DNA from: an uncultured delta proteobacterium
GTDB taxonomy: Bacteria; Myxococcota_A; Polyangia; Polyangiales; Polyangiaceae
Assembly: GCA_963782055.1 (NCBI GenBank)
Contig: CAWAIF010000003.1
Span: 3,296,001-3,360,000 of the forward strand
Direction of reading: 5' to 3'
Length of the DNA stretch: 64,000 nucleotides
The position numbers were made by a program, and so were the translations under genes. The stretch's first letter is position 1; the number at the start of each line of letters is the position of its first letter. Shown here in pieces: positions 9,859 to 19,472 of the stretch. The notes below the pieces were generated by a model. The model saw only the letters and a list, made by a program, of their open reading frames with translations. It was not told the DNA's origin and did not search any database.

Positions 9859-11041
9859 GAAGAAGTCCCTTTCGACCCATCAACATGGTGACCGCGCGAC
9901 CCCCGCGCAAGACGCGATCGTCGCGATCGTACGGCGGGAGCTCGGGCGCTGGTACCGCGCGTGCAAGCGCGATCTGCCCTGGCGCGCCACGCGCGACCCG
10001 TACCGCATCTGGCTGAGCGAGGTGATGCTCCAGCAGACGCGCGTGGAGACGGTGATCCCGTACTACGAGCGCTTCCTCGCGGCCTTCCCGACGGTCGTCT
10101 CCCTGGCGGAGGCGCCGCTCGACGCCGTGCTCGCGCGGTGGAGCGGCCTCGGCTACTACCGCCGCGCCCGGCTGCTGCACGAGGGGGCGCGGCAGGTCGC
10201 CCGCGATCACGGCGGCCGCCTGCCGCGGAGCGCGGAGGGGCTTCGCGCCATCCGCGGCGTCGGGCGCTACACCGCCGGGGCGGTGGCGAGCATCGCCTTC
10301 GGCCTCCGCGAGCCGCTCCTCGACGGCAACGTGGCGCGCGTCCTCGCGCGCGTCTTCGTGGTGAAGGGCGACGCGCGGGGCGCGAAGGGGCAGGCCCGCC
10401 TCTGGGCGTTCGCCGGAGATCTGGTCGCCGGCAGCGCGGAGCCCGGCGATCTGAACCAGGCGCTGATGGAGCTCGGGGCGCTGGTGTGCACGCCGCGCGC
10501 GCCGCGGTGCGAGGCGTGCCCGGTGGCCACAGCGTGTGGGGCGCGCCGCCTCGGGCTGCAGGCGTCGCTCCCCGTCCTGGCGAAGAAGAAGGCGCCGGTG
10601 GCGTGGGCGCGCGTCGCGGTGGTGGCGCGTCGCGGTCCGGCGGTGCTGCTGGCGCGGCGGCAGGAGTCGCTCCTCTTCGGCGGGATGTGGGAGCCCCCCA
10701 TGACCAATCTCGCGGGCGACACGCCCCCGCTGGAGGCCGCGTCGGCGCTCGTCTCGCTGCGGGGCGCGCGCGTCACGGGGACGGTGGTGCACGTCCTCTC
10801 GCACCGCCGCATGACGGTGACGGTCGTGGCGGGGGAGCTGCGCGCCACGCCGCGGCGCCTCACCGGCGGCGAGTACTCCCGGTGCGAGCCGGTGACGCCG
10901 GCGGCGCTGGAGGAGCGCGCCCTGAGCACGCTGGCGCGCAAGGTGCTGCGCGCGGCGGAGGCCCCCTCCGCGCCGGCCTCGCCCCGGGCCGACGGGCGTA
11001 GGCAGCGCGGCGGGAAGGCGCTATCGTCCAGGGCCCGGTGA
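9857..11041 (+). CDS. mutY: A/G-specific adenine glycosylase
   Basis: RDLPWR, WLSEVMLQQT, WSGLGYY, HhH GVGRYTA, LDGNVARV, Fe-S motif CTPRAPRCEACPVATAC. Start uncertain. Confidence 0.93.
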   Translation: MKKSLSTHQHGDRATPAQDAIVAIVRRELGRWYRACKRDLPWRATRDPYRIWLSEVMLQQTRVETVIPYYERFLAAFPTVVSLAEAPLDAVLARWSGLGYYRRARLLHEGARQVARDHGGRLPRSAEGLRAIRGVGRYTAGAVASIAFGLREPLLDGNVARVLARVFVVKGDARGAKGQARLWAFAGDLVAGSAEPGDLNQALMELGALVCTPRAPRCEACPVATACGARRLGLQASLPVLAKKKAPVAWARVAVVARRGPAVLLARRQESLLFGGMWEPPMTNLAGDTPPLEAASALVSLRGARVTGTVVHVLSHRRMTVTVVAGELRATPRRLTGGEYSRCEPVTPAALEERALSTLARKVLRAAEAPSAPASPRADGRRQRGGKALSSRAR

Positions 11042-11064
11042 CGGCTCAATCCCCCGGAGGCATC

Positions 11065-12507
<1,443 letters not shown>

Positions 12508-12575
12508 AGACCCCCGCCGCGCCGGTCTTGGCCTTTGACTCGCCGGGAAGCGTTGCTAGTGTCGGCCCCCGAACG

Positions 12576-14033
12576 ATGCGCGCTCCGCAACGGCTCATCG
12601 CGTCCGGCCTGATCGCCGCGGGGCTCCTGTCTCCGGCGCTCGTCCACGCCGGCGATTTCGACCTGGACGACGATGACTCGTCGGCTCCGGCGAACACCGC
12701 ACCCCCGGTCAACGCGCCCCTGCCGCCGGCGAAGCACCGCACCTACAGCCTGGCGGAGTGCCTCGCCCTGGCGGACCGCAACCACCCGAACATCTGGGCG
12801 GCGCGGGCGCGCCTGGGCTACGCCCGCGGCCAGCTGGACGAGGCGCGCTACACGCCCTGGTTCAACTGGTCGGCCACCGCGGGCACCGGCGTCCTGCCGA
12901 CGGTCGGCGGGAGCCTCGGGTACACCTCCTACAACGTCAACGACCTGCTCAACCCGTCCTTCGCCAGCGGGTACCAGCCCTTCTTCAACTTCCGCATCGA
13001 CATCAACCTGCCCATCTTCACCTTCGGCAAGATCTCCTCCGCGCTGGACATGGCGCACGCCAACGTGCGCGTCTCGGAGTGGGACATGGAGAAGAACCGG
13101 GCGGCGGTGCGGATGGACGTGCGCCGCGCGTACTTCGGGGTCATGTTCGCGCGCGACGCGCGCTACCTCTCCAAGGAGGTCATCGGCAAGCTGGACAAGG
13201 CCATCGCCAGCATCACCGAGCGCCTGGACAAGGGCGACACCTCGGTGGAGGAGGCCGACAAGATGCGCCTCGTCCTCTACAAGGACGAGACCCTGGCCCG
13301 CTCCGCCGACGCCGACCGCGGGGAGACCTACGGCCTCGCGGCCCTGCGCTTCCTCACGGGCGTCCAGAAGAACTTCGACATCCCCGACGAGCCGCTCAAG
13401 CGCCCGGACACGCCCATCGGGCCGGTGGTGAGCTACCTCGCCGCGGCGCGCCTCTTCCGCCCGGAGGTCAACATGGCGCGGGCCGGCGTGGCCGCGCGGC
13501 GGGGGCAGCTCGCCCTTCAGCGCGCGCGCTACTTCCCCGACATCGGCCTGAACCTGAACGCGTCCTACGCGGTGGCGCCCAGCATCGTCGGGCAGAGCAA
13601 CGCCTTCGCGTCGAACAACCAGAACTACTTCGGCTACGGCTTCTTCATCGGTGCCCGGTGGAGCCTCGATCTCGTCACCAACTCCGCGCGCGTCGAGGAG
13701 GTGGAGTCGCAGGTGGAGGAGGCGCGCGCGCTCGAGCGCCTCGCCCTCGGCGGCATCGGGGTGGAGGTGGAGGCCGCCTACGCCGCCGTCAAGGAGGCGA
13801 ACACGCGCGAGCAGCACTGGGACCACGCCGAGCACAAGGCGCGCGAGTGGATCGCGAGCGTGCAGAGCGCCATCGACCTCGGGACCAAGGACGACCGCGC
13901 GCTCATCGAGCCGCTGCGCTCGTACGTGTACGCGAAGCTGGAGCACACCCGCGCGCTCATGGACCTGAACATCGCGATGAGCGATCTGGCCCGCGTGACC
14001 GGCTGGGACTCCGCCGCGCCGACGGGGAGCTGA
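12576..14033 (+). CDS. TolC family outer-membrane efflux protein
   Basis: Signal peptide; SLAECLALA..NHP, LPIFTFGK, RPEV, ARYFPDIGL motifs of outer-membrane efflux proteins. Confidence 0.75.
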   Translation: MRAPQRLIASGLIAAGLLSPALVHAGDFDLDDDDSSAPANTAPPVNAPLPPAKHRTYSLAECLALADRNHPNIWAARARLGYARGQLDEARYTPWFNWSATAGTGVLPTVGGSLGYTSYNVNDLLNPSFASGYQPFFNFRIDINLPIFTFGKISSALDMAHANVRVSEWDMEKNRAAVRMDVRRAYFGVMFARDARYLSKEVIGKLDKAIASITERLDKGDTSVEEADKMRLVLYKDETLARSADADRGETYGLAALRFLTGVQKNFDIPDEPLKRPDTPIGPVVSYLAAARLFRPEVNMARAGVAARRGQLALQRARYFPDIGLNLNASYAVAPSIVGQSNAFASNNQNYFGYGFFIGARWSLDLVTNSARVEEVESQVEEARALERLALGGIGVEVEAAYAAVKEANTREQHWDHAEHKAREWIASVQSAIDLGTKDDRALIEPLRSYVYAKLEHTRALMDLNIAMSDLARVTGWDSAAPTGS

Positions 14034-14051
14034 GGCGAAGGTCGAGTCGAG

Positions 14052-15452
14052 TCAGAGCGGGCAGGTGGCCAGGGACAGGACGGCCAGGACGCGGGCGCGG
14101 ACCAGGTCGAAGTCGCGCAGGGCGAGGGTGATCTCCGCCTGCCGAAGCGCGACGGCGCTCGTCACCAGGTCGAGGCTCGTCCCTTGACCCGTCAAGAATC
14201 CGGCGCGGGTGAGCTTGTCCTGCTTGTCCGCCAGGTCACGCGCGCGAGTGGCGATGTCGCGCGCCTGCTGGGCCACCTTCACCGCGCGCTGCGACTGCAC
14301 CACCTCGATGAGCGCCTGCCGCCGCGCCGCGCCGAGTCGCTCCTGCGCCTCGTTCACCTGCGCCTCGCCGTCGTGCAGGGCGCCGTAGCGGTACCCGCCG
14401 TCCCAGAGGGTCCACGAGAGCACGCCCTGCAGGTTCCACGTGACCTGGGGCGAGTTCTGCGAGGTGATGGTGGAGGTGCTGATCCCGCTCTGCGCGGTGA
14501 GCGTGGGCAGGAACTGCGACTTGGCGTCGATGACCGAGCGCTTCGCCACGTCCACCCGGGTGCGCGCGGCGACGACGTCGGGGCGCTGGTCCACGGACTG
14601 GGCCACCTGGCACCGCGCGATGACGTCGTTGACGACGCCCTGCAGGTCCACGTCGTGGGCGACGCCGACGGGCTCGGCGTACCCGAGCGCCAGGCCGAGC
14701 GCCTCGCGCGCCTGGCGGAGCGACTCGTCCCCGGAGACCAGGGTCGCCCGCGCCGCCTCCACGTCCGACTGGGCGCGGACGACGTCCAGGCCGGTGCCGG
14801 CGCCGAGGTTCAGCCGGCGCTTGGCGAGCTCCAGCCGCTCCAGCGCGTTGCGCAGGCCGACGCGGTTCAGCTCCGCCACGCGCTCGGCGGTCGCCACCGA
14901 GAGCACCGAGCTCGCCGTGGTGCTGGCGAGCGTGCGCCTCAGGTCGTCGAGCGAGGCCTTGGCGATGTCGATGCCGAGGGAGGCGGTCTTGATGCTGTTC
15001 CACGCGCGCGGGGCGAAGATGGGCAGGCTGAAGGAGAGGTTGCCCGAGAGGTACTGGGGCGTGGGCGAGGTGACGGTGCGGAAGGTGGGGTTGCCCTGCG
15101 CGTCGACGCCGACGAAGGCGCTGTCCTGGGTGATGAAGTTGAGCGTGGCCGTCCCGTTCGCCGTGATGCTGCCCAGGATGCCGGCGAGCGCCTCGCGCCG
15201 CTGCGCCTCGGCGCGCGCGACCTCCTGCACGGCGACGTGAAGATCCGCCGACCGCCCGCGGAGCTCGGCGGCGATCTGGTCCCACGACGAGACGACGCGC
15301 GCCGGCGGAGGCACGGGCGCGAGCATCGGATCGTCCACCTTGGGTGGCGGAGGGAGCTCCGGCTGGCCGACGACCACGTCCCCCTGCGCGAGCGCGAGCG
15401 AGGGCAGCAGCGACACGGCGACGGCGACGGCGACGATGGTGAGTGCGCGCAT
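14052..15452 (-). CDS. TolC family outer-membrane efflux protein
   Basis: Signal peptide; LPIF, G.GT.LDVVRA, QRPDV, QFLPTL, WTLWDGG, GQGTSLDL motifs. Confidence 0.8.
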   Translation of the reverse strand: MRALTIVAVAVAVSLLPSLALAQGDVVVGQPELPPPPKVDDPMLAPVPPPARVVSSWDQIAAELRGRSADLHVAVQEVARAEAQRREALAGILGSITANGTATLNFITQDSAFVGVDAQGNPTFRTVTSPTPQYLSGNLSFSLPIFAPRAWNSIKTASLGIDIAKASLDDLRRTLASTTASSVLSVATAERVAELNRVGLRNALERLELAKRRLNLGAGTGLDVVRAQSDVEAARATLVSGDESLRQAREALGLALGYAEPVGVAHDVDLQGVVNDVIARCQVAQSVDQRPDVVAARTRVDVAKRSVIDAKSQFLPTLTAQSGISTSTITSQNSPQVTWNLQGVLSWTLWDGGYRYGALHDGEAQVNEAQERLGAARRQALIEVVQSQRAVKVAQQARDIATRARDLADKQDKLTRAGFLTGQGTSLDLVTSAVALRQAEITLALRDFDLVRARVLAVLSLATCPL

Positions 15453-15545
15453 GCCGAAGGGGTAGTCTCTCGCCGTCAACGTGCCAAGCGCGACGCGTCT
15501 TCCCGCATGCAAAGTAGTGTTTGGAGCGGCTGCGGGGGCGGGCGC

Positions 15546-16562
15546 TCAGCCGCGGACCTGGACGCGACCGCGCACCGAGGCGAGGCGGTGGCGAAGGCTC
15601 CCGACGCTCACCCGGAAGCAGGCGGCGACCTCCGCCTGCGTCAGCGGGATGCGTGCAGACTGCACGACCGCGTACGCCGCCGCGGCCGCGAGGCCCTGCG
15701 CGCCCTGCGCGTCCACGGGCGGGCGCCGCAGCGCCGCGTCGCGGGCGATGGTTCGGGCCGTGCGGCGCTGGGGCTCGTCGAGCGGGAGGCGCGCCAGCCC
15801 GCGCGCGAGGGCGCGGTCCACCCACGACCAGGGGGCGAGCGACGGCTCCGGCTCCGGCTCCTGGTCGGCCCACCCGTCGCGCGGGAGCGACCCGCTCAGC
15901 GACTCCTCCGCCCAGCCGTGCGTGTCCGGCGGGGAGGCGCGCAGCTTCACCGGCACGTGCTCGCCGTCGCCGTCGGCGTCGTCGGTGAGCCAGCGCCAGA
16001 GCGCCTGCTCCTCCCGCGAGGCGCCCTTGCGCATCGCCCTGGAGAGCACGCGCCTCGCCTCCGCCCGGGCGCCGCTGCGGCCCAGCGCGTGGGCCAGCGA
16101 GGAGGCGACCTCCCGGTTGTGGCCGGTGCTGCGGTACGCAGAGCGGAGGTGCGACACGGCCTGTCGGGGGCGATCCAGCGCCACGTCCAGCAGGTGCCCC
16201 AGGTTGTGCGCGTACCAGGGGTTGGCTGGCGCGCACGCGAGCGCCTTCTCGAAGGAGGCGGCCGCGTAGCGGTAGTGGCCGAGGAGCGACTGGCTCAATC
16301 CGAGGGCGGCCCACCCGCGGTCGTCCTGCGGGCGCTCGAGGGTGACCCGGCGCGCGTGCACGGCGGCGCGCCAGGGATCGCGCTCGAGGAGGATCTCGGC
16401 GAGCTGCCGGTGCGCGAAGACGTGGTCGTCGGAGCCGGGCTCCGCGGCGCGCGCCAGCTTGTGCAGAAGCGGCAGCACGCGCCTCGGGTCGAGAGAGGTG
16501 CGGAGGGCGAGCTCCACGTCGCCCCGCATCCGTTGGCTCTCGGACCCCTGGCCCTCGGTCAT
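15546..16562 (-). CDS. TPR protein with C-terminal TFIIB/cyclin-like HTH domain
   Basis: TPR repeats (WAALGLSQSLLGHYRYAAASFEKALACAP.NP; HNLGHLL); C-terminal LAAAAAYAVVQSARIPLTQAEVAACFRVSVGSLRHRL. Confidence 0.7.
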   Translation of the reverse strand: MTEGQGSESQRMRGDVELALRTSLDPRRVLPLLHKLARAAEPGSDDHVFAHRQLAEILLERDPWRAAVHARRVTLERPQDDRGWAALGLSQSLLGHYRYAAASFEKALACAPANPWYAHNLGHLLDVALDRPRQAVSHLRSAYRSTGHNREVASSLAHALGRSGARAEARRVLSRAMRKGASREEQALWRWLTDDADGDGEHVPVKLRASPPDTHGWAEESLSGSLPRDGWADQEPEPEPSLAPWSWVDRALARGLARLPLDEPQRRTARTIARDAALRRPPVDAQGAQGLAAAAAYAVVQSARIPLTQAEVAACFRVSVGSLRHRLASVRGRVQVRG

Positions 16563-16689
16563 CGTCTTCCGGTGTACCTTCCGATACGACCTCGTGCAAC
16601 GTGAAGCGCGCGTGTTTCTCACGTCGTGTCGAAAGGGCTTGCGCGATCGAAAAGATCTCGCTCACGCCGCGGGGCGCGCGTGAGCCATC

Positions 16690-17466
16690 TCACCGGAAGC
16701 CGATGACACGCTGTTGCAACAGCTCGTAGAGGATGCGCAGCGCATCGAGCGGCGGCATGCCGCTCACGTCGAGGATCTGCTCCAGGCTGGAGATGCCGTC
16801 GACGTGCGAGAGGACGAAGCCGGCGCGGTGGTCCAGACTGAGCCACCGCAGCTGCTCGCGGGGGACCGCGACGAAGGCGACGCGGTCGAGCGGGCCGATG
16901 CGCGCGGTGTACATCTGCTCGAGCACGACGCGGCAGCTCTCCGCCATCTTCTGCGCTTCGTCGTGATCCGGGTCCTCGTCGAGGAGCGACTCGGCCACCA
17001 CAAGCGCGCCGGAGTAGTCGCCGAGGGAGAAGCGGTCGTGCATCTCCCGGACGGGGTCGTAGGGCGTGGGCGAGGAGCCGGTCGCGAGCGGGACGGCCTC
17101 CGCGGGCGCGCTGCGGTCCGCCTCCTGCGCGACGAGGTCGAGCGCGTCGGCGTCCAGGCCGAGGCCGCCGGCGCCGTCGGCGAGCGAGAGCAGGCTGGCG
17201 CGGCGCATCGCCGCGTCGGAGAGCGAAGGCGGGGGAGGGGGATCGCTCGGGAGCGTCAGCGAGCGGATGCGCGCGTCCTCCAGCTCCGCCTCGTTGCTGA
17301 TGGTGGCCTGGCGGCTGCGAGGAGATGACGACATCTCCGACGCGGAGTCGAGGCGCAGCACCGGCGGCGTCTCCCGCTTGCCGGCGTCGGGCGGCACGAC
17401 GGTCGGCCGCTCCTGCTCCGGGTCCGGCCACTCCTCGTCGATGTTCTCGTCGTCCTCGATCATCAC
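16690..17466 (-). CDS. Hypothetical protein: acidic disordered N-terminus, TPR-like helix pair, C-terminal winged-helix-like domain
   Basis: C-terminal AGFVLSHVDGISSLEQILDVSGMPPLDALRILYELLQQRVI; GC3-biased ORF co-oriented with dnaK. Confidence 0.65.
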   Translation of the reverse strand: MMIEDDENIDEEWPDPEQERPTVVPPDAGKRETPPVLRLDSASEMSSSPRSRQATISNEAELEDARIRSLTLPSDPPPPPSLSDAAMRRASLLSLADGAGGLGLDADALDLVAQEADRSAPAEAVPLATGSSPTPYDPVREMHDRFSLGDYSGALVVAESLLDEDPDHDEAQKMAESCRVVLEQMYTARIGPLDRVAFVAVPREQLRWLSLDHRAGFVLSHVDGISSLEQILDVSGMPPLDALRILYELLQQRVIGFR

Positions 17467-17561
17467 CTAGGTCCCGCGTCTCCGCGCACCGCGGTCACCG
17501 ACGTTTCGGCCCGCGCCCGCCTGCGGCTCGGGCCCGGAGTCCGTGAAAAGCTCGCGCGCGG

Positions 17562-19388
17562 CTACTGGGTCTTGGCGACGACCCCTTTGAACATGCGCTG
17601 CGTGCGCGAAAGACCTTCGATCTGCTCCTTGAGGGCGGCGACGTCCTTCCTGTCCATCGCCTGCTTGGCCTTGACGACGATGGTCTTGGCCTTGTCGATC
17701 GCCTCGCGGCCGAAGTCGCTCGCCGCGACGATCTGCTCCACCTGCGGGAAGAGCCGCTCGATCTCCGCGGTGAGCTTGAGCGCCTCCTGGCGCAGGCCCT
17801 CGAACTCCTCCGAGACGCGCCGCTCGACCATGTGGTCCTTGGCGTTCTCGATCATGTTCTTGATCTCGTCGCGCGTCAGGCCGCTGGTGGCGGTGACCTG
17901 GATGGACTGCTCCAGGCTCGTCTCCAGATCCTTCGCGCGGACGCTGACGATGCCGTCGGCGTTGATCTCGAAGGTGACCTCGATCTCCACCTGGCCCTTG
18001 GGCGCCCGCCGCAGGCCGGTGAGGATGAACTCGCCGAGGACCTCGTTCTCCTCGGCCTGCTCGCTCTCGCCCTGCATGACGAGGATCTTCACCGCCGTCT
18101 GGTTGTCGCGGCTGGTGGTGAAGATCTTCTGCCGGCTGGTGGGGACGGTGGTGTTCTGCGGGATGAGCTCCTCGAAGTAGGAGCCGAAGGTCATGATGCC
18201 GAGGGCGTGGGGGGTGACGTCGAGGAGGATCATCTCCTGCTTCTCGTCCACCAGGGCCGCGCCCTGGATGGCGGCGCCCAGGGCGACGACCTCGTCGGGG
18301 TGCACGCCCTTCGACGGCTCGCGCTCGAAGAAGCCCGCCACCGCGTCCTGGATGCGGGGCATGCGCGTCATGCCGCCGACGAGGAGCACCTCCTCGATCT
18401 CGTCCTTGTCCAGGCGGGCGTCCTCGAGGGTCTGCTTGCAGATGTCGACGGTGCGCTCGATGAGGTCGAGGGAGAGGTCTTCCAGCGTGGCGCGGGAGAG
18501 CGATCGCTGCAGGTGGAGCGCCTCGTTGCGGCCGCTGGAGATGATGAAGGGGAGGTTGATCTCCGTCTCCTTCACCGAGGACAGCTCGCACTTGGCCTTC
18601 TCGGCGGCGTCCTTGAGGCGCTGCAGGGCCATGCGGTCCTGCCTGAGGTCGATGCCGTGCTCCTCCTTGAAGCCGGAGACGAGCCAGTCGACGATGCGCG
18701 CGTCCACGTCCTCGCCGCCGAGGAAGGTGTCGCCGGCGGTGGCCACGACCTTGAAGACGCCGTGGGCGGCGATCTCCAGGATGGAGATGTCGAAGGTGCC
18801 TCCGCCCAGGTCGTAGACGGCGACGGTCTTCTCGATGTTGCGGCCGTAGCCGTAGGCGAGCGCGGCGGCCGTCGGCTCGTTGATGATGCGGATGACGTCC
18901 AGCCCGGCGATCTCGCCCGCGTCCTTGGTGGCCTGGCGCTGGTTGTCGTTGAAGTACGCCGGGACGGTGATGACCACCTTGGAGACCGCCTCGCCGAGGT
19001 AGTCCTCCGCGATGACCTTCATCTCCTGGAGGATCATCGCGCTGATCTCCGGGACGCTGTACTCCTTGTCGCGCAGGACGATGCGCGTGTCGTGGTGGGG
19101 GCCCTCGACGATGCGATAGCTCGAGGTGTTGATCGCGTTCTTCACCTGCGGCGACGACCACTTGCGGCCGATGAGGCGCTTGGCCGCGTAGACCGTGTTC
19201 TCGGCGTTGGTGATCGCCTGGCGCTTGGCGATGTGGCCGACCAGGCGCTTGCCCGCCTCCGTCACGGCCACCATCGACGGCGTCGTCTTGTACCCGCCGC
19301 GGTTGGGGATGACCGTGGGCTGACCGTTCTCCACGATGGCCACGCACGAGTTGGTCGTGCCGAGGTCGATGCCGATCACCTTCTCCAT
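17562..19388 (-). CDS. dnaK: Hsp70/DnaK family chaperone (probable paralog)
   Basis: VIGIDLGTTNS, TVPAYFND, INEPTAAA, DLGGGTFDIS, LVGGMTRMP, ILLDVTP; 608 aa with no disordered C-terminal tail; no grpE or hrcA adjacent. Confidence 0.92.
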   Translation of the reverse strand: MEKVIGIDLGTTNSCVAIVENGQPTVIPNRGGYKTTPSMVAVTEAGKRLVGHIAKRQAITNAENTVYAAKRLIGRKWSSPQVKNAINTSSYRIVEGPHHDTRIVLRDKEYSVPEISAMILQEMKVIAEDYLGEAVSKVVITVPAYFNDNQRQATKDAGEIAGLDVIRIINEPTAAALAYGYGRNIEKTVAVYDLGGGTFDISILEIAAHGVFKVVATAGDTFLGGEDVDARIVDWLVSGFKEEHGIDLRQDRMALQRLKDAAEKAKCELSSVKETEINLPFIISSGRNEALHLQRSLSRATLEDLSLDLIERTVDICKQTLEDARLDKDEIEEVLLVGGMTRMPRIQDAVAGFFEREPSKGVHPDEVVALGAAIQGAALVDEKQEMILLDVTPHALGIMTFGSYFEELIPQNTTVPTSRQKIFTTSRDNQTAVKILVMQGESEQAEENEVLGEFILTGLRRAPKGQVEIEVTFEINADGIVSVRAKDLETSLEQSIQVTATSGLTRDEIKNMIENAKDHMVERRVSEEFEGLRQEALKLTAEIERLFPQVEQIVAASDFGREAIDKAKTIVVKAKQAMDRKDVAALKEQIEGLSRTQRMFKGVVAKTQ

Positions 19389-19416
19389 GGAAAGCCTTTG
19401 TCCTCTTGTATCACGT

Positions 19417-19459
19417 CTGAGGTCCGGCCGAAGGTCGGCCAATGCCCCGAAGGGGACGC
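19417..19459. repeat. Diverged solo copy of the 47-bp palindromic repeat unit
   Basis: ctgaggtccggccgaaggtcggccaatgccccgaaggggacgc aligns with the array unit ctgaggtccggccggaggccggccgacggcccgaagggcgc. Confidence 0.75.
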
Positions 19460-19472
19460 CGACGCCGCTCTG

